A stretch of DNA of 64,000 nt. It comes from Pirellulales bacterium (lineage in GTDB: Bacteria; Planctomycetota; Planctomycetia; Pirellulales; UBA1268). The stretch covers positions 1,751-65,750 of the forward strand of contig JALCBP010000003.1 in assembly GCA_028066355.1 (NCBI GenBank), written 5' to 3'. Below the pieces are notes generated by a model that was not told the DNA's origin, ran no database searches, and worked only from the letters and a program-made list of their open reading frames with translations. A program made the translations under genes and the position numbers. Below are positions 54,885 through 63,496 of this stretch, in pieces. Numbering within the stretch: position 1 is the stretch's first letter; each line of letters opens with the position of its first letter.

Positions 54885-55459
54885 CGAACAGATTCTCCAG
54901 TGAGCGAATAGACAGCGAGGTGACTCCCATCCGGACCTTTTAATTCCTTGATACCAAAAGTCCCGGTAACAGCTACAGGACGAATAGAAAAATTAGCTGT
55001 CCTGCCCGGAAGCATTTTGACAACGATACAATCGTATAACGCTGCGCCGGGGCCAAAACAGCATTCCATATTGTCCCGAACCAAGACAAACTGGGTTAGG
55101 CCAGCCTGTTGAAAGCTCGGAAGAATATATCCTCGAATCCGAATCTCATGTCCCACTAAAGAGGTGACTCGCTCGGGCAAGAGTTTTTGGGAAAAAGGTT
55201 CGTCCTCCGCCATCTCAAAGATAATATCGTCAAAGGATATCTCACGAATACCATTTTGGTTGAGTCTCTGTTTCGGCTGTGACTGACGCTCGTCAGTACT
55301 CGGTGCACCGTTTTTATCAAAAGCGTTTTCATCAGAAGTTAGAGGGGCGTTTTTGTCTCGACCACAGCCTGAAAAAAGTGAAGCAGATAGAAAACAAACA
55401 AAGACTTTAGCGAGGAAACGCTTCTTCAAGATGGTAAAGGACCCCCCCCTCGATACCAT
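54881..55459 (-). CDS. DUF3299-like lipoprotein (CCFG motif)
   Basis: It has the lipobox LFSGC, and its C-terminal domain is IRGYILPSFQQAGLTQFVLVRDNMECCFGPG. The start is uncertain. The ATG at 55459 overlaps the upstream gene by 53 nt, and the ORF-track start at 55675 is implausible. The family name is recalled from memory. Confidence 0.5.
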   Translation of the reverse strand: MVSRGGSFTILKKRFLAKVFVCFLSASLFSGCGRDKNAPLTSDENAFDKNGAPSTDERQSQPKQRLNQNGIREISFDDIIFEMAEDEPFSQKLLPERVTSLVGHEIRIRGYILPSFQQAGLTQFVLVRDNMECCFGPGAALYDCIVVKMLPGRTANFSIRPVAVTGTFGIKELKGPDGSHLAVYSLTGESVR

Positions 55460-56099
55460 CTTGGCCAAAGGTTGGGCGAACGGTGAATGTGCCAGCGATT
55501 TTTTTCTGACGAGAGCTAAATGACATGCTCTTTTCATCTTGAAGATGGACAAGAACACGATCAGTAATTTTTGGATTACCTCCAAAGCAGCAATCTCCTT
55601 GATCTCGTACAAGTAAAAATTGACGAATCCCAAATTGTTTTTTCCCCGGATACATATAACCCTTAATGAGTACATTATGTCCGTCTATAGCGCGAGCGGA
55701 ATCAGGTATTGAAGCCGCGGGTGAGCCCTCAGCAGGTTGCAAAATACCGTAATGAACTCTCTCGAATCCTTCAGGCAATTCAGCAGCATATACCCATGAT
55801 AGATATATAGTCCCACCTATTAGGCAAACCAATGAAAAAGTCGTAGCTGTTTTAGCCAGTCGTTTACCTGTGAAAATATCAGGACGTTTGATAATGTCCC
55901 GTAAGGCAACCAGACCGAGACAAAAACCAACTGCAGGTACAGCTAGTAGCCACCAGTCAATAAACGCCAGTGGTGACAGAAATGCGAGTGTTGCAGCAGC
56001 AATTGATGTCCCAGCTAAAGCCTTATAGGCATGATCTTCGTTACTTTCAACACTACCTTGAGTAGCTTTTAGAGGAGTATCAAAAAGTCCTTTTTTCAT
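55407..56099 (-). CDS. Membrane protein with C-terminal DUF3299-like domain (CCFG motif)
   Basis: About 3 predicted TM helices are followed by IKGYMYPGKKQFGIRQFLLVRDQGDCCFGGN, which is paralogous to the downstream gene. The start is uncertain: the ORF track gives 56192, and in-frame ATGs lie at 56138 and 56099. Only 56099 avoids overlap with the upstream gene. Confidence 0.5.
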   Translation of the reverse strand: MKKGLFDTPLKATQGSVESNEDHAYKALAGTSIAAATLAFLSPLAFIDWWLLAVPAVGFCLGLVALRDIIKRPDIFTGKRLAKTATTFSLVCLIGGTIYLSWVYAAELPEGFERVHYGILQPAEGSPAASIPDSARAIDGHNVLIKGYMYPGKKQFGIRQFLLVRDQGDCCFGGNPKITDRVLVHLQDEKSMSFSSRQKKIAGTFTVRPTFGQDGIEGGVLYHLEEAFPR

Positions 56100-56124
56100 A
56101 ATTGCTGTACTGCAACTGGATTTG

Positions 56125-57639
56125 CTAACCAGCAGCATCCCGTTTTCCTGACTGAAGAAAATAGCGAGATAGAAAGGCTGCAACAACAACAAGAACAGCC
56201 CAGACGAACCATTTTAGCATTCGCAAGGATTCTGTAGATGATCTGTTCTCAGAGTATGGAATGGGACTTTTTCTGGTCTGAGAATCTTCTGCCACCGGTG
56301 GTGAGCCCGTACTCACAACCATAGAGCGGTCTGACGTGACATCATCTGCAACGACATCAGCAACACGTACGGGCGTAGTAGTTGACTGCTCTGTTGAAGG
56401 AGCCTCTTCAGCCGAAGGGGTTCCTTCAGCACTTGCTGCGAGGCCCGCTAAACCAGCTAACGTGGCTGCTCTGCGAACAGCATCGGGATCAATCTCACGA
56501 AGTTTTACCAAAGCACTCGCGGCCTCAGGAAGCGGACACGCTTTCATATAGTTCACTATGGGTTCACGCACAAAGATGTTCTCTGGTGTGGCGTCCACAT
56601 AAATGGTCGTCAACTTTTCTATCACAGACCAATCCTGCCAGCGAGCGAGATCAGCAATGACCAGATCTGCAAGTTTTGGTTCATTAAGCAATAACCGCAA
56701 GGATTCAAGAACACGGTCACGTGGAATGTTTTCTGACTCTTCGCCAAGGAAACGAAGTGCCATTACCGCGGCATATGTTTCTGTGAATGGAATATCCCGA
56801 GAGCTACGATCAAGAAAAAGTTTATCAATGAGATCGAGACCCGCTGGCCCAACGAGCACGACATAGCAGGCAATCAACGCATCCAATCCACTGCGCAGAT
56901 CAGATGAATCATCGCCAAGTTCTTCACCAAGAAGAATTTTCTCTATTTCAGATGCGTCAGCGGGAGTTCCGCATATACCCAACATCGTGGCGTACAAACG
57001 ACGTCTGTTCGAGGGAATCTTTGGCGTCTTTATCCATTGCAGTAGTGCAGTCGGATCCATTCTATTTTCAAGGCCACGGACATCATCATATGGTGCGATT
57101 GCAAATTCGTCATATGCGTCTCGAGTAAGAACATCGTCTTCGTCTTCGAGGTATTGTTGAAAAAAGGCAAGACGATCTGGGCCAGATTCAGGGAGCTCAT
57201 CAAGTGTCTTAAGATATGTAACAGCACGTTCATTAATGGCAATTGGGTTCGACCATATAAATTCGGGCGGCTCAATTCCCATGATGAGATATAAATCCCC
57301 AGGAGTGGTTACCTCGAGCATAATTGCATCAATGAGAGTTTCCGCATCAAGCATATTCGTTGAACGCAATAGGTCTTCTCCTTTGAGGACATCAACTACT
57401 TCGAATTTAGCCCGTGGTAATGGACCCTCAGCATTAGGTCCCAAAGATGATGCAGGAGGTGGCTCAACAAGGCGGGCGATGACGGCAGCATCGCTTTGAT
57501 TAATTTCTTGAGAGAATGTTAAGGAGACTGCGGAACAAAAAGGACAGGCAAGAGATTGTGCGAATGGCACAATTAACAAGGAGCTGATGGCAAGCATCAG
57601 AACAGCAATTCGAGAATGATAGAAGGCAGGCATTCGCAT
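56125..57639 (-). CDS. Secreted/anchored hypothetical protein with N-terminal Cys-Pro-Phe-Cys motif and C-terminal TM helix
   Basis: The signal peptide ends ..AQSLA and is followed by CPFCSAV (codons at ~57531-57551). The body looks like alpha-helical repeats. A Ser/Thr/Ala/Pro linker and a terminal TM segment (WFVWAVLVVVAAFL) follow. It is a paralog of 53661-54884. Confidence 0.6.
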   Translation of the reverse strand: MRMPAFYHSRIAVLMLAISSLLIVPFAQSLACPFCSAVSLTFSQEINQSDAAVIARLVEPPPASSLGPNAEGPLPRAKFEVVDVLKGEDLLRSTNMLDAETLIDAIMLEVTTPGDLYLIMGIEPPEFIWSNPIAINERAVTYLKTLDELPESGPDRLAFFQQYLEDEDDVLTRDAYDEFAIAPYDDVRGLENRMDPTALLQWIKTPKIPSNRRRLYATMLGICGTPADASEIEKILLGEELGDDSSDLRSGLDALIACYVVLVGPAGLDLIDKLFLDRSSRDIPFTETYAAVMALRFLGEESENIPRDRVLESLRLLLNEPKLADLVIADLARWQDWSVIEKLTTIYVDATPENIFVREPIVNYMKACPLPEAASALVKLREIDPDAVRRAATLAGLAGLAASAEGTPSAEEAPSTEQSTTTPVRVADVVADDVTSDRSMVVSTGSPPVAEDSQTRKSPIPYSENRSSTESLRMLKWFVWAVLVVVAAFLSRYFLQSGKRDAAG

Positions 57640-57714
57640 ACCCCTAATATATAGGACACATTGTGATACCGAATCAAGGTTTGGGAGAAGGCTTGCTTTT
57701 CAACGTTTTTTACT

Positions 57715-59034
57715 TTAATTCAGCCATCGTGCGACGTCCGTGCGATACGCAGCCACAGCTGGTAATAATGCTGCAAGGATCGCAAGTACGATTAAGAAAG
57801 GTACAAGGAGCAGTTCTGCCGTCGTATGCGATAAAAATCCAGCTGTAACACCTGCATTTGTTGCTATCCATGGCCCAATGAGTCCAACTGTGCCGTGCCC
57901 AAGGAGCAATCCGATGACTCCTCCTCCAACAGCAAGGAGAATGGCTTCAATAAGTACTGTTGCTAGAACAACGCTGCGACGAGCCCCCAAGGCTCTCATG
58001 ATTGCCACGTCCCGGCTTCGTTCAAGAGATGAACCAACCATACTCACCAGGATGCCAATTGCGGAAACAATCACGACAAGAGTTGTGACTAACAAAAGTA
58101 ATAACTCAAGCGGTGTAACAAAAAGATCAAGGAGTACACGAATCTCAGCAATCGGAAGAGCAGCCTGAGCTTCACGACCCTCATTGATCGCATTACGAAG
58201 GCCCATCGCAGTGAGTTCTGCCGGGAGACCAGGAAGAGCCGCTGTCTCAAGCAAAATAGCAGTGACCTCACGTTGGTTAAATGGAAGTAGCCCATCACCT
58301 GGTGAGTTATTCTCCTCGGGTATGGTTTGATCAGCGACCACACTCGAATCAATCGGCTTTGCATGCCCCTCTTGAAGATAAAAGCCTTCCATATTGACGA
58401 AAACACCGCGGTCAATAGGAGTGTCAGTTCTGGAGAGAATTCCCGTGATTTCGAATGGATCATGAACCTTACCATCATCAGCACCATGTGTCGGTGCGAT
58501 CGTATCACCAACACGCAGGTTTAGCGTACGTGCAACTTGGCTTCCTAGAACAGCACTGTATAAATCATCATCGTGAAAGTTTTCCCCGGAAGAAAACTCA
58601 AAAGGCTCGCCATTGCCACGAGTAAGTCGATCGAAATAAGCAGAATTTGTGCCAACTACTCGGTGGCCACGAAAGTAATCGCCCATACAGATGGGAACAG
58701 CAGTCTGCGTACTTGCTGCCCATGTTCCATCTTTTCCATCAGGACGTTCATGGGCAGGCAAAAATTCTGCATATGTAGCCCACGAAATATTCTCGATTGG
58801 CTTGCTGATGAAATAAACACTATTGAGCACAAGTTGTAACGGGCTGCCTTTGGCACCAACGATCATGTTGTAACCAAGGCCCGCACCTGACTCGAAGGCT
58901 TGCTTTACAACACCACCCGTGATCAAGGTTGCTACAACAAGTGCGACACCAAGAGCCATTGATAATGCAGTGAGGCCACTTGGAAGTGCCCGCTGTTTAA
59001 TGTTTCTCCATGCAATTCCGAGCAAACTCATCAA
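57715..59034 (-). CDS. FtsX-family ABC transporter permease (MacB/LolC-type, large periplasmic loop)
   Basis: 439 aa. TM1 (LTALSMALGVALVVATL) is followed by a ~250-aa extracytoplasmic region containing IVGAKGSPLQLVLNSVYF. Three C-terminal TM helices carry the FtsX block (RDVAIMRALGARR). Confidence 0.85.
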   Translation of the reverse strand: MMSLLGIAWRNIKQRALPSGLTALSMALGVALVVATLITGGVVKQAFESGAGLGYNMIVGAKGSPLQLVLNSVYFISKPIENISWATYAEFLPAHERPDGKDGTWAASTQTAVPICMGDYFRGHRVVGTNSAYFDRLTRGNGEPFEFSSGENFHDDDLYSAVLGSQVARTLNLRVGDTIAPTHGADDGKVHDPFEITGILSRTDTPIDRGVFVNMEGFYLQEGHAKPIDSSVVADQTIPEENNSPGDGLLPFNQREVTAILLETAALPGLPAELTAMGLRNAINEGREAQAALPIAEIRVLLDLFVTPLELLLLLVTTLVVIVSAIGILVSMVGSSLERSRDVAIMRALGARRSVVLATVLIEAILLAVGGGVIGLLLGHGTVGLIGPWIATNAGVTAGFLSHTTAELLLVPFLIVLAILAALLPAVAAYRTDVARWLN

Positions 59035-59795
59035 TGTACTCCACTTGTTGTTGGGTGGATTGCCGCAGCCCGATTAAAATCTTCCAAACGATGGCGTACT
59101 GGAAATTGCTCTGCTACTTCTGGAGCATGTGTGACAACTAAAAGTGCGACGTCTTCTTCCTTGCATGTATTCTGCAGGAGATCAATAACTTGTTGTTGAT
59201 GGGCAGGGTCAATACTTGCGGTCGGCTCATCGGCAAGAAGAACTCGTGGCCGATTTGCAAGTGCACGGGCAACTGCAACGCGTTGTTGTTGTCCAATACT
59301 CAAAGCTGCTGGCTTGTGATGGAAACGGTCAGCCAGACCAACGGCGTCAAGCAGTGACTCAGCCCGTTCCTTACTTGCTGCTTGTGATCCGAAACTCATT
59401 GCAACGAGTACGTTCTCGAGCGCAGTGAATCCAGGCAGCAGGTTAAATTGTTGAAATACAAGACCGATTCGATCAGCCCGTAGCCGGTCGCGCTGTGGCT
59501 CAGCTAGCTTGACGATATTCAGGCCACCAATCAGGACCTCACCACTATCAGGACGTAAAATACCAGAAACAACATTTAAAAGCGTTGACTTGCCAGAACC
59601 ACTTTGCCCTTCCAGTGCAACAAGTTCACCAGCGGTAATTTGGAAAAATGGTATGTCAAGAATTTGTAGAGGATTACTACCTGGAACAGGAAAAGACTTT
59701 TTCACATCTCGCAGTTCAAGAACGGCTACCTTTTCAGTAGAACTCTGGTTTTTTGTATGTGTTTGTTTCATATGGACAAAGAATCGCTGGAACAT
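59031..59795 (-). CDS. ABC transporter ATP-binding protein (LolD/MacB/FtsE type)
   Basis: It has Walker A GQSGSGKST, the Q-loop FQQFNLLP, signature LSIGQQQR and Walker B LLADEPTASID. It makes an ATGA overlap with the permease. An alternative start lies at 59771. Confidence 0.9.
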   Translation of the reverse strand: MFQRFFVHMKQTHTKNQSSTEKVAVLELRDVKKSFPVPGSNPLQILDIPFFQITAGELVALEGQSGSGKSTLLNVVSGILRPDSGEVLIGGLNIVKLAEPQRDRLRADRIGLVFQQFNLLPGFTALENVLVAMSFGSQAASKERAESLLDAVGLADRFHHKPAALSIGQQQRVAVARALANRPRVLLADEPTASIDPAHQQQVIDLLQNTCKEEDVALLVVTHAPEVAEQFPVRHRLEDFNRAAAIHPTTSGVH

Positions 59796-60069
59796 GACGT
59801 GATGTCAAAAGGAGTTTCTCATGGCGGGCTTTCTGTGGGAAAAACCGATTTTGGACAAATTTCCTGCCAGGTGAAGCTAGCTGACATCCCTGATTTCCAA
59901 GAATTCGACGGCAAATACTTTTGATTGGTGTAGCGACAGGCTAAAACCTGTGGGTGATTGAGATAGAGTTGGTGCGCGTGTATAGTCCTGCCGGAGAAAC
60001 TTTACGGTGGCAGTGCCCGAAGGCACTCTGACAACTGCCGATCTGACGACTCGTTATAGGAGTTTTGCT

Positions 60070-61086
60070 GTGTCCATTCGTGTTGGCATTAATGGTTTTG
60101 GTCGTATTGGACGTCTCACGTTCCGAGCGATATATGAAAAATTTGGCCTTGATGGTGAGGTGCAGATCGTTGCCCTCAATGATCTTACAGACGCCAAGAC
60201 GAATGCTCATCTTCTCGAGCTAGATTCAAACTACGGTCCATTTAAAGGAACAGTAGGGACTAATGGGAATGATCTCGTTGTCGATGGCAGAACAATTAAG
60301 GTTTTTGCCGAGCGTGATCCAGGATCAATTCCATGGGGGTCAGAGAATGTAGATATCGTTGTTGAAAGTACTGGCTTTTTCACTGACGCAACGAAGGCGG
60401 TCGCTCACAAGCGAGACAGTGTAAAAAAAGTGGTGATTTCAGCTCCAGCAAAAAATGAAGATCTTACGATCGTGCTTGGAGTAAATGATGATATGTATGA
60501 TCCATCAAAGCATCACGTGATTTCAAATGCTTCCTGTACTACGAATGGTCTTGCTCCTGTAGCAAAGATTCTTCACGAGCAGTTTGGTATTGATCGTGGT
60601 CTGCTTACTACGGTTCACGCATATACAAACTCTCAGAAGACAGTCGATACCGCTGCTGGCAATCTGCGTGATGCACGAGCGGCCGCTTTAAATATTGTTC
60701 CAGCAGGAACGGGTGCTGCAAAGGCAGTCGGTCTTGTTATACCTGAACTACAGGGCAAGTTTACCGGCATGGCGTTTCGTGTACCGGTGCCAACTGTAAG
60801 TGTTGTTGACTTTACGGCGACGCTGGGCAAGGAGGCTTCCCCTGAAGAAATTAACGCTGCCATGAAGACAGCAGCAGACGGTCCACTAAAAGGAATTCTC
60901 AGGTATTCAGAGCAACAGTTGGTCTCAACTGATCTACGAGGAGATCCCCATAGTTCAATTTTCTCTGCTGTTGATACTATCGGCCTTGGAAATCTTGTGA
61001 AGGTCGTTAGCTGGTACGACAATGAATGGGGTTACTCGAACCGCGTTGCCGACTTATTGAATTTCTTGGAATCAAAAGGGCTTTAA
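60070..61086 (+). CDS. gap: Glyceraldehyde-3-phosphate dehydrogenase (type I)
   Basis: It has INGFGRIGR, the active-site block SNASCTTN and WYDNEWGYS. I prefer the GTG at 60070 (VSIRVGINGF), which has AGGAG 7 nt upstream, over the ORF-track start at 60007. Confidence 0.93.
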   Translation: MSIRVGINGFGRIGRLTFRAIYEKFGLDGEVQIVALNDLTDAKTNAHLLELDSNYGPFKGTVGTNGNDLVVDGRTIKVFAERDPGSIPWGSENVDIVVESTGFFTDATKAVAHKRDSVKKVVISAPAKNEDLTIVLGVNDDMYDPSKHHVISNASCTTNGLAPVAKILHEQFGIDRGLLTTVHAYTNSQKTVDTAAGNLRDARAAALNIVPAGTGAAKAVGLVIPELQGKFTGMAFRVPVPTVSVVDFTATLGKEASPEEINAAMKTAADGPLKGILRYSEQQLVSTDLRGDPHSSIFSAVDTIGLGNLVKVVSWYDNEWGYSNRVADLLNFLESKGL

Positions 61087-61120
61087 AGAAAAAGTCCCTC
61101 ACTAAAAATTACTACTTGAG

Positions 61121-61156
61121 CGGCCGGCCTTGCTTTCCAAAAGGCCGGCCGTTTTT
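61121..61156 (+). terminator. Rho-independent terminator after gap (probably bidirectional)
   Basis: CGGCCGGCCTT (61121-61131) pairs with AAGGCCGGCCG (61141-61151) around a 9-nt loop, followed by TTTTT (61152-61156). It also lies immediately 3' of the minus-strand gene ending at 61155. Confidence 0.8.
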
Positions 61157-62117
61157 AGTGGCTGTCTCCAGATGCGGAGTTAAGTTTAGCAAGAGCTTCC
61201 GTTTCAATTGCTGAGCCATCAAACTGAGTCAGCTGAACTGTAATTCGAATAGGAGTAGTCGCTGGTGCCGTAGTTGGCCACGGTAGTATGAAATGAAGAC
61301 CACGGGCTCTTGATGTGCGTCGAAAGTGCTGTTGAGCTTCGGCCGCGGGAATTGTCCATTCTGCAAACTGACGTCCTAGACTGGCCTCTTGGGCTGTTGC
61401 TGTCGGTTCAAATGCAGCCACATAAATATCACCAGCAGTCGTGACAAGGCGTTCATCAGCATCACGTGGCTCAACGACAAGTGTGATTCCCTCTGGGGAG
61501 CCATCACCATCGCTGTCATAACAAACAGTTTTTTCATGATTAATGACTAGATGCGTGAGATCTGCTTGATGGCCAACGCTTTCAGCAAAAGAAAGCTGGC
61601 GAACAGGTCTGGAAGCACCTCGCTCACTCGACTCCTGTGGCAACGGCGGCACGCCCTCTAGGGTCGGAGGTGTCATATCCTCGCTAGGCTTTGGCAGACT
61701 GTTGGAGCTCTTTTTACTACTAGTCCCAGATGGAGGGTCGGTACCAAAAATGGGACCGGTACTTTTCGGGCCATCACTTGTTCCATCAAAGTTTGGCACA
61801 TCAACTTGTGGCGGAACAAGGAGTGGCTGAGCAGGTGTCGGCGAGGGTAGCGTGGTGCGCGAAGGAGAAGAGTCATCAACGATCCCAAGTTGCTTACGAA
61901 GTGATGCGTTCTCTTCTGTCAACGTATCAAGTTCGTAATATTGCGTCTGTAACTTGTCTTGGAGGCAATAAATCTGATCTTCTTGAAGCCGCAGTTCTCG
62001 TTCAAGAAGTTGATGATGAACATCACTCTTACAGCCACAAATCAAAATTATCAGACACACGAAAAATGACACCGGAGAAGGTCCAAGTTTCATCTGTTGA
62101 AATAAAGTTACTTTCAT
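61155..62117 (-). CDS. Hypothetical lipoprotein with coiled-coil and Pro-rich segments
   Basis: It has the lipobox LICGC, then a heptad-like segment (LLERELRLQEDQIYCLQDKLQTQYYELDTLTEENASLRKQL). A Pro/Ser-rich linker and a C-terminal beta-rich domain follow. No family was recognized. Confidence 0.5.
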   Translation of the reverse strand: MKVTLFQQMKLGPSPVSFFVCLIILICGCKSDVHHQLLERELRLQEDQIYCLQDKLQTQYYELDTLTEENASLRKQLGIVDDSSPSRTTLPSPTPAQPLLVPPQVDVPNFDGTSDGPKSTGPIFGTDPPSGTSSKKSSNSLPKPSEDMTPPTLEGVPPLPQESSERGASRPVRQLSFAESVGHQADLTHLVINHEKTVCYDSDGDGSPEGITLVVEPRDADERLVTTAGDIYVAAFEPTATAQEASLGRQFAEWTIPAAEAQQHFRRTSRARGLHFILPWPTTAPATTPIRITVQLTQFDGSAIETEALAKLNSASGDSH

Positions 62118-62155
62118 GACGCGCCTCCTTGCGCCTCACGTACCGTAAAGGACTA

Positions 62156-62746
62156 TTAACCCGTGGGCATTTGTTCAATCACTTCGTCAATAAGATGATA
62201 TTCACACGCTTCGTCTGCTGACATAAATCGATCACGATCAGTATCCTCCTCAATTTTCTCAAGGGGTTGACCAGTGTGTTTCAGTAAAATTTTATTCAAT
62301 TTACTTTTAATATTTCGAAATTCGTTTGCATGAATCATGATTTCTTCTGCGGTACCTTCCATGCCAGCAAGTGGTTGATGAATCATGATCCGAGCATTTG
62401 GTAGAGCTCGTCGTTTTCCAGCCGTTCCAGCTGTTAAGAGCAAAGCGCCCATGGATGCAGCTTGACCTATGCAATAGGTTGCAACATCACAGCTCACAAA
62501 TTGCATTGTGTCGTAAATTGCCAGCCCTGCCGTAACGCTTCCTCCAGGTGAATTGATATAGAGATGGATATCACTTTTCGGATCGTCAGTCTGAAGAAAG
62601 AGCATCTGCGCGACAATGGCATTCGCCATTTCATCATTTACCTGAGAACCAAGAAATATGATGCGGTCTTTAAGCAGCCGGCTATAAATGTCCATGGCTC
62701 GCTCTTCGCGGCCACTTTTTTCAACAACATAGGGGATCAGGGGCAT
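62156..62746 (-). CDS. clpP: ATP-dependent Clp protease proteolytic subunit
   Basis: 196 aa. The catalytic residues are present: GQAASMGA (Ser), MIHQP (His) and DTDRD (Asp). Confidence 0.95.
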   Translation of the reverse strand: MPLIPYVVEKSGREERAMDIYSRLLKDRIIFLGSQVNDEMANAIVAQMLFLQTDDPKSDIHLYINSPGGSVTAGLAIYDTMQFVSCDVATYCIGQAASMGALLLTAGTAGKRRALPNARIMIHQPLAGMEGTAEEIMIHANEFRNIKSKLNKILLKHTGQPLEKIEEDTDRDRFMSADEACEYHLIDEVIEQMPTG

Positions 62747-62795
62747 TTAATTGATTCCGGTTATTCAGGAAAAAGATGAAGGGAAGAAAAGATGC

Positions 62796-63452
62796 CTAAT
62801 CAACGTCTTTGTCTTCTTCTCCGGGAGGTTTGGTGAGAATGTCATCAACGAGACCATAGTCTTTGGCTTCCGTCGCTGTGAGATACCTGTCTCGGTCTGT
62901 GTCTTGAGCAATGCGTTCAATTGGTTGCCCAGTATGAGATGCAAGAATTTCATTTAAAACAGCACGGGTTTTAATTATTTCATCAGCCTGGATTTCAATA
63001 TCGCTGACTTGTCCACCAACTTGACCATATGGCTGGTGAATCATCACTTTGGCGTGAGGGAGCGAGAACCGCTTGCCGGCTGCACCTCCGGCCAGTAACA
63101 CGGCACCACCGCTCGCAGCCAGACCAACACAATATGTGGCGACTGGGCACGAGAGTATCTGCATTGTGTCATAAATTGCCATTGTTGCAGTGACACTGCC
63201 GCCAGGTGAATTGATGTAAAAATGAATGTCTTTTCGACGGTTTTCACTCTGCAGATAGAGCAATTTCATGACGAGTTCATTTGCATTTCCGTCATAGATT
63301 TCACCCTGTAGAAGAATGATCCTGTTTTCCAGCAGAAGATCACCAAGTGTCATCTGTCTCTGCCGTTGGTAGTCTCTGTAAGCGCTGGCAGCACTTGGAT
63401 CAATCGGAGCGTTTATTGATGGTAATGGAAACCTTTGGACAGCCATGAGCAA
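62796..63452 (-). CDS. clpP: ATP-dependent Clp protease proteolytic subunit (second paralog)
   Basis: 218 aa. GLAASGGA (Ser), MIHQP (His) and DTDRD (Asp) are all present. An acidic C-terminal tail is PPGEEDKDVD. Confidence 0.93.
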   Translation of the reverse strand: MLMAVQRFPLPSINAPIDPSAASAYRDYQRQRQMTLGDLLLENRIILLQGEIYDGNANELVMKLLYLQSENRRKDIHFYINSPGGSVTATMAIYDTMQILSCPVATYCVGLAASGGAVLLAGGAAGKRFSLPHAKVMIHQPYGQVGGQVSDIEIQADEIIKTRAVLNEILASHTGQPIERIAQDTDRDRYLTATEAKDYGLVDDILTKPPGEEDKDVD

Positions 63453-63496
63453 CTTTCAGCAGTGCGAATGAATGAGGCAAAAGAATTATTTAAAAA

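Noticed and set aside
54881-55675. Long 264-aa version of the second DUF3299-like ORF
   Set aside because: Its first ~70 codons lie inside the upstream gene in another frame and encode no sensible leader. The lipoprotein signal (LFSGC) follows the internal ATG at 55459.
36282-61151. Shared GGCCGGCC core in the two strongest terminator stems (36282-36317 and 61121-61151) as a dispersed repeat family
   Set aside because: Only the 8-bp palindromic core is shared, and the loops and flanks differ. Two occurrences are insufficient to call a REP-like element.
62156-63452. Two adjacent clpP genes as a novel duplication
   Set aside because: Tandem clpP1/clpP2 pairs are common in several phyla. Both copies keep the Ser-His-Asp triad, so this is ordinary.
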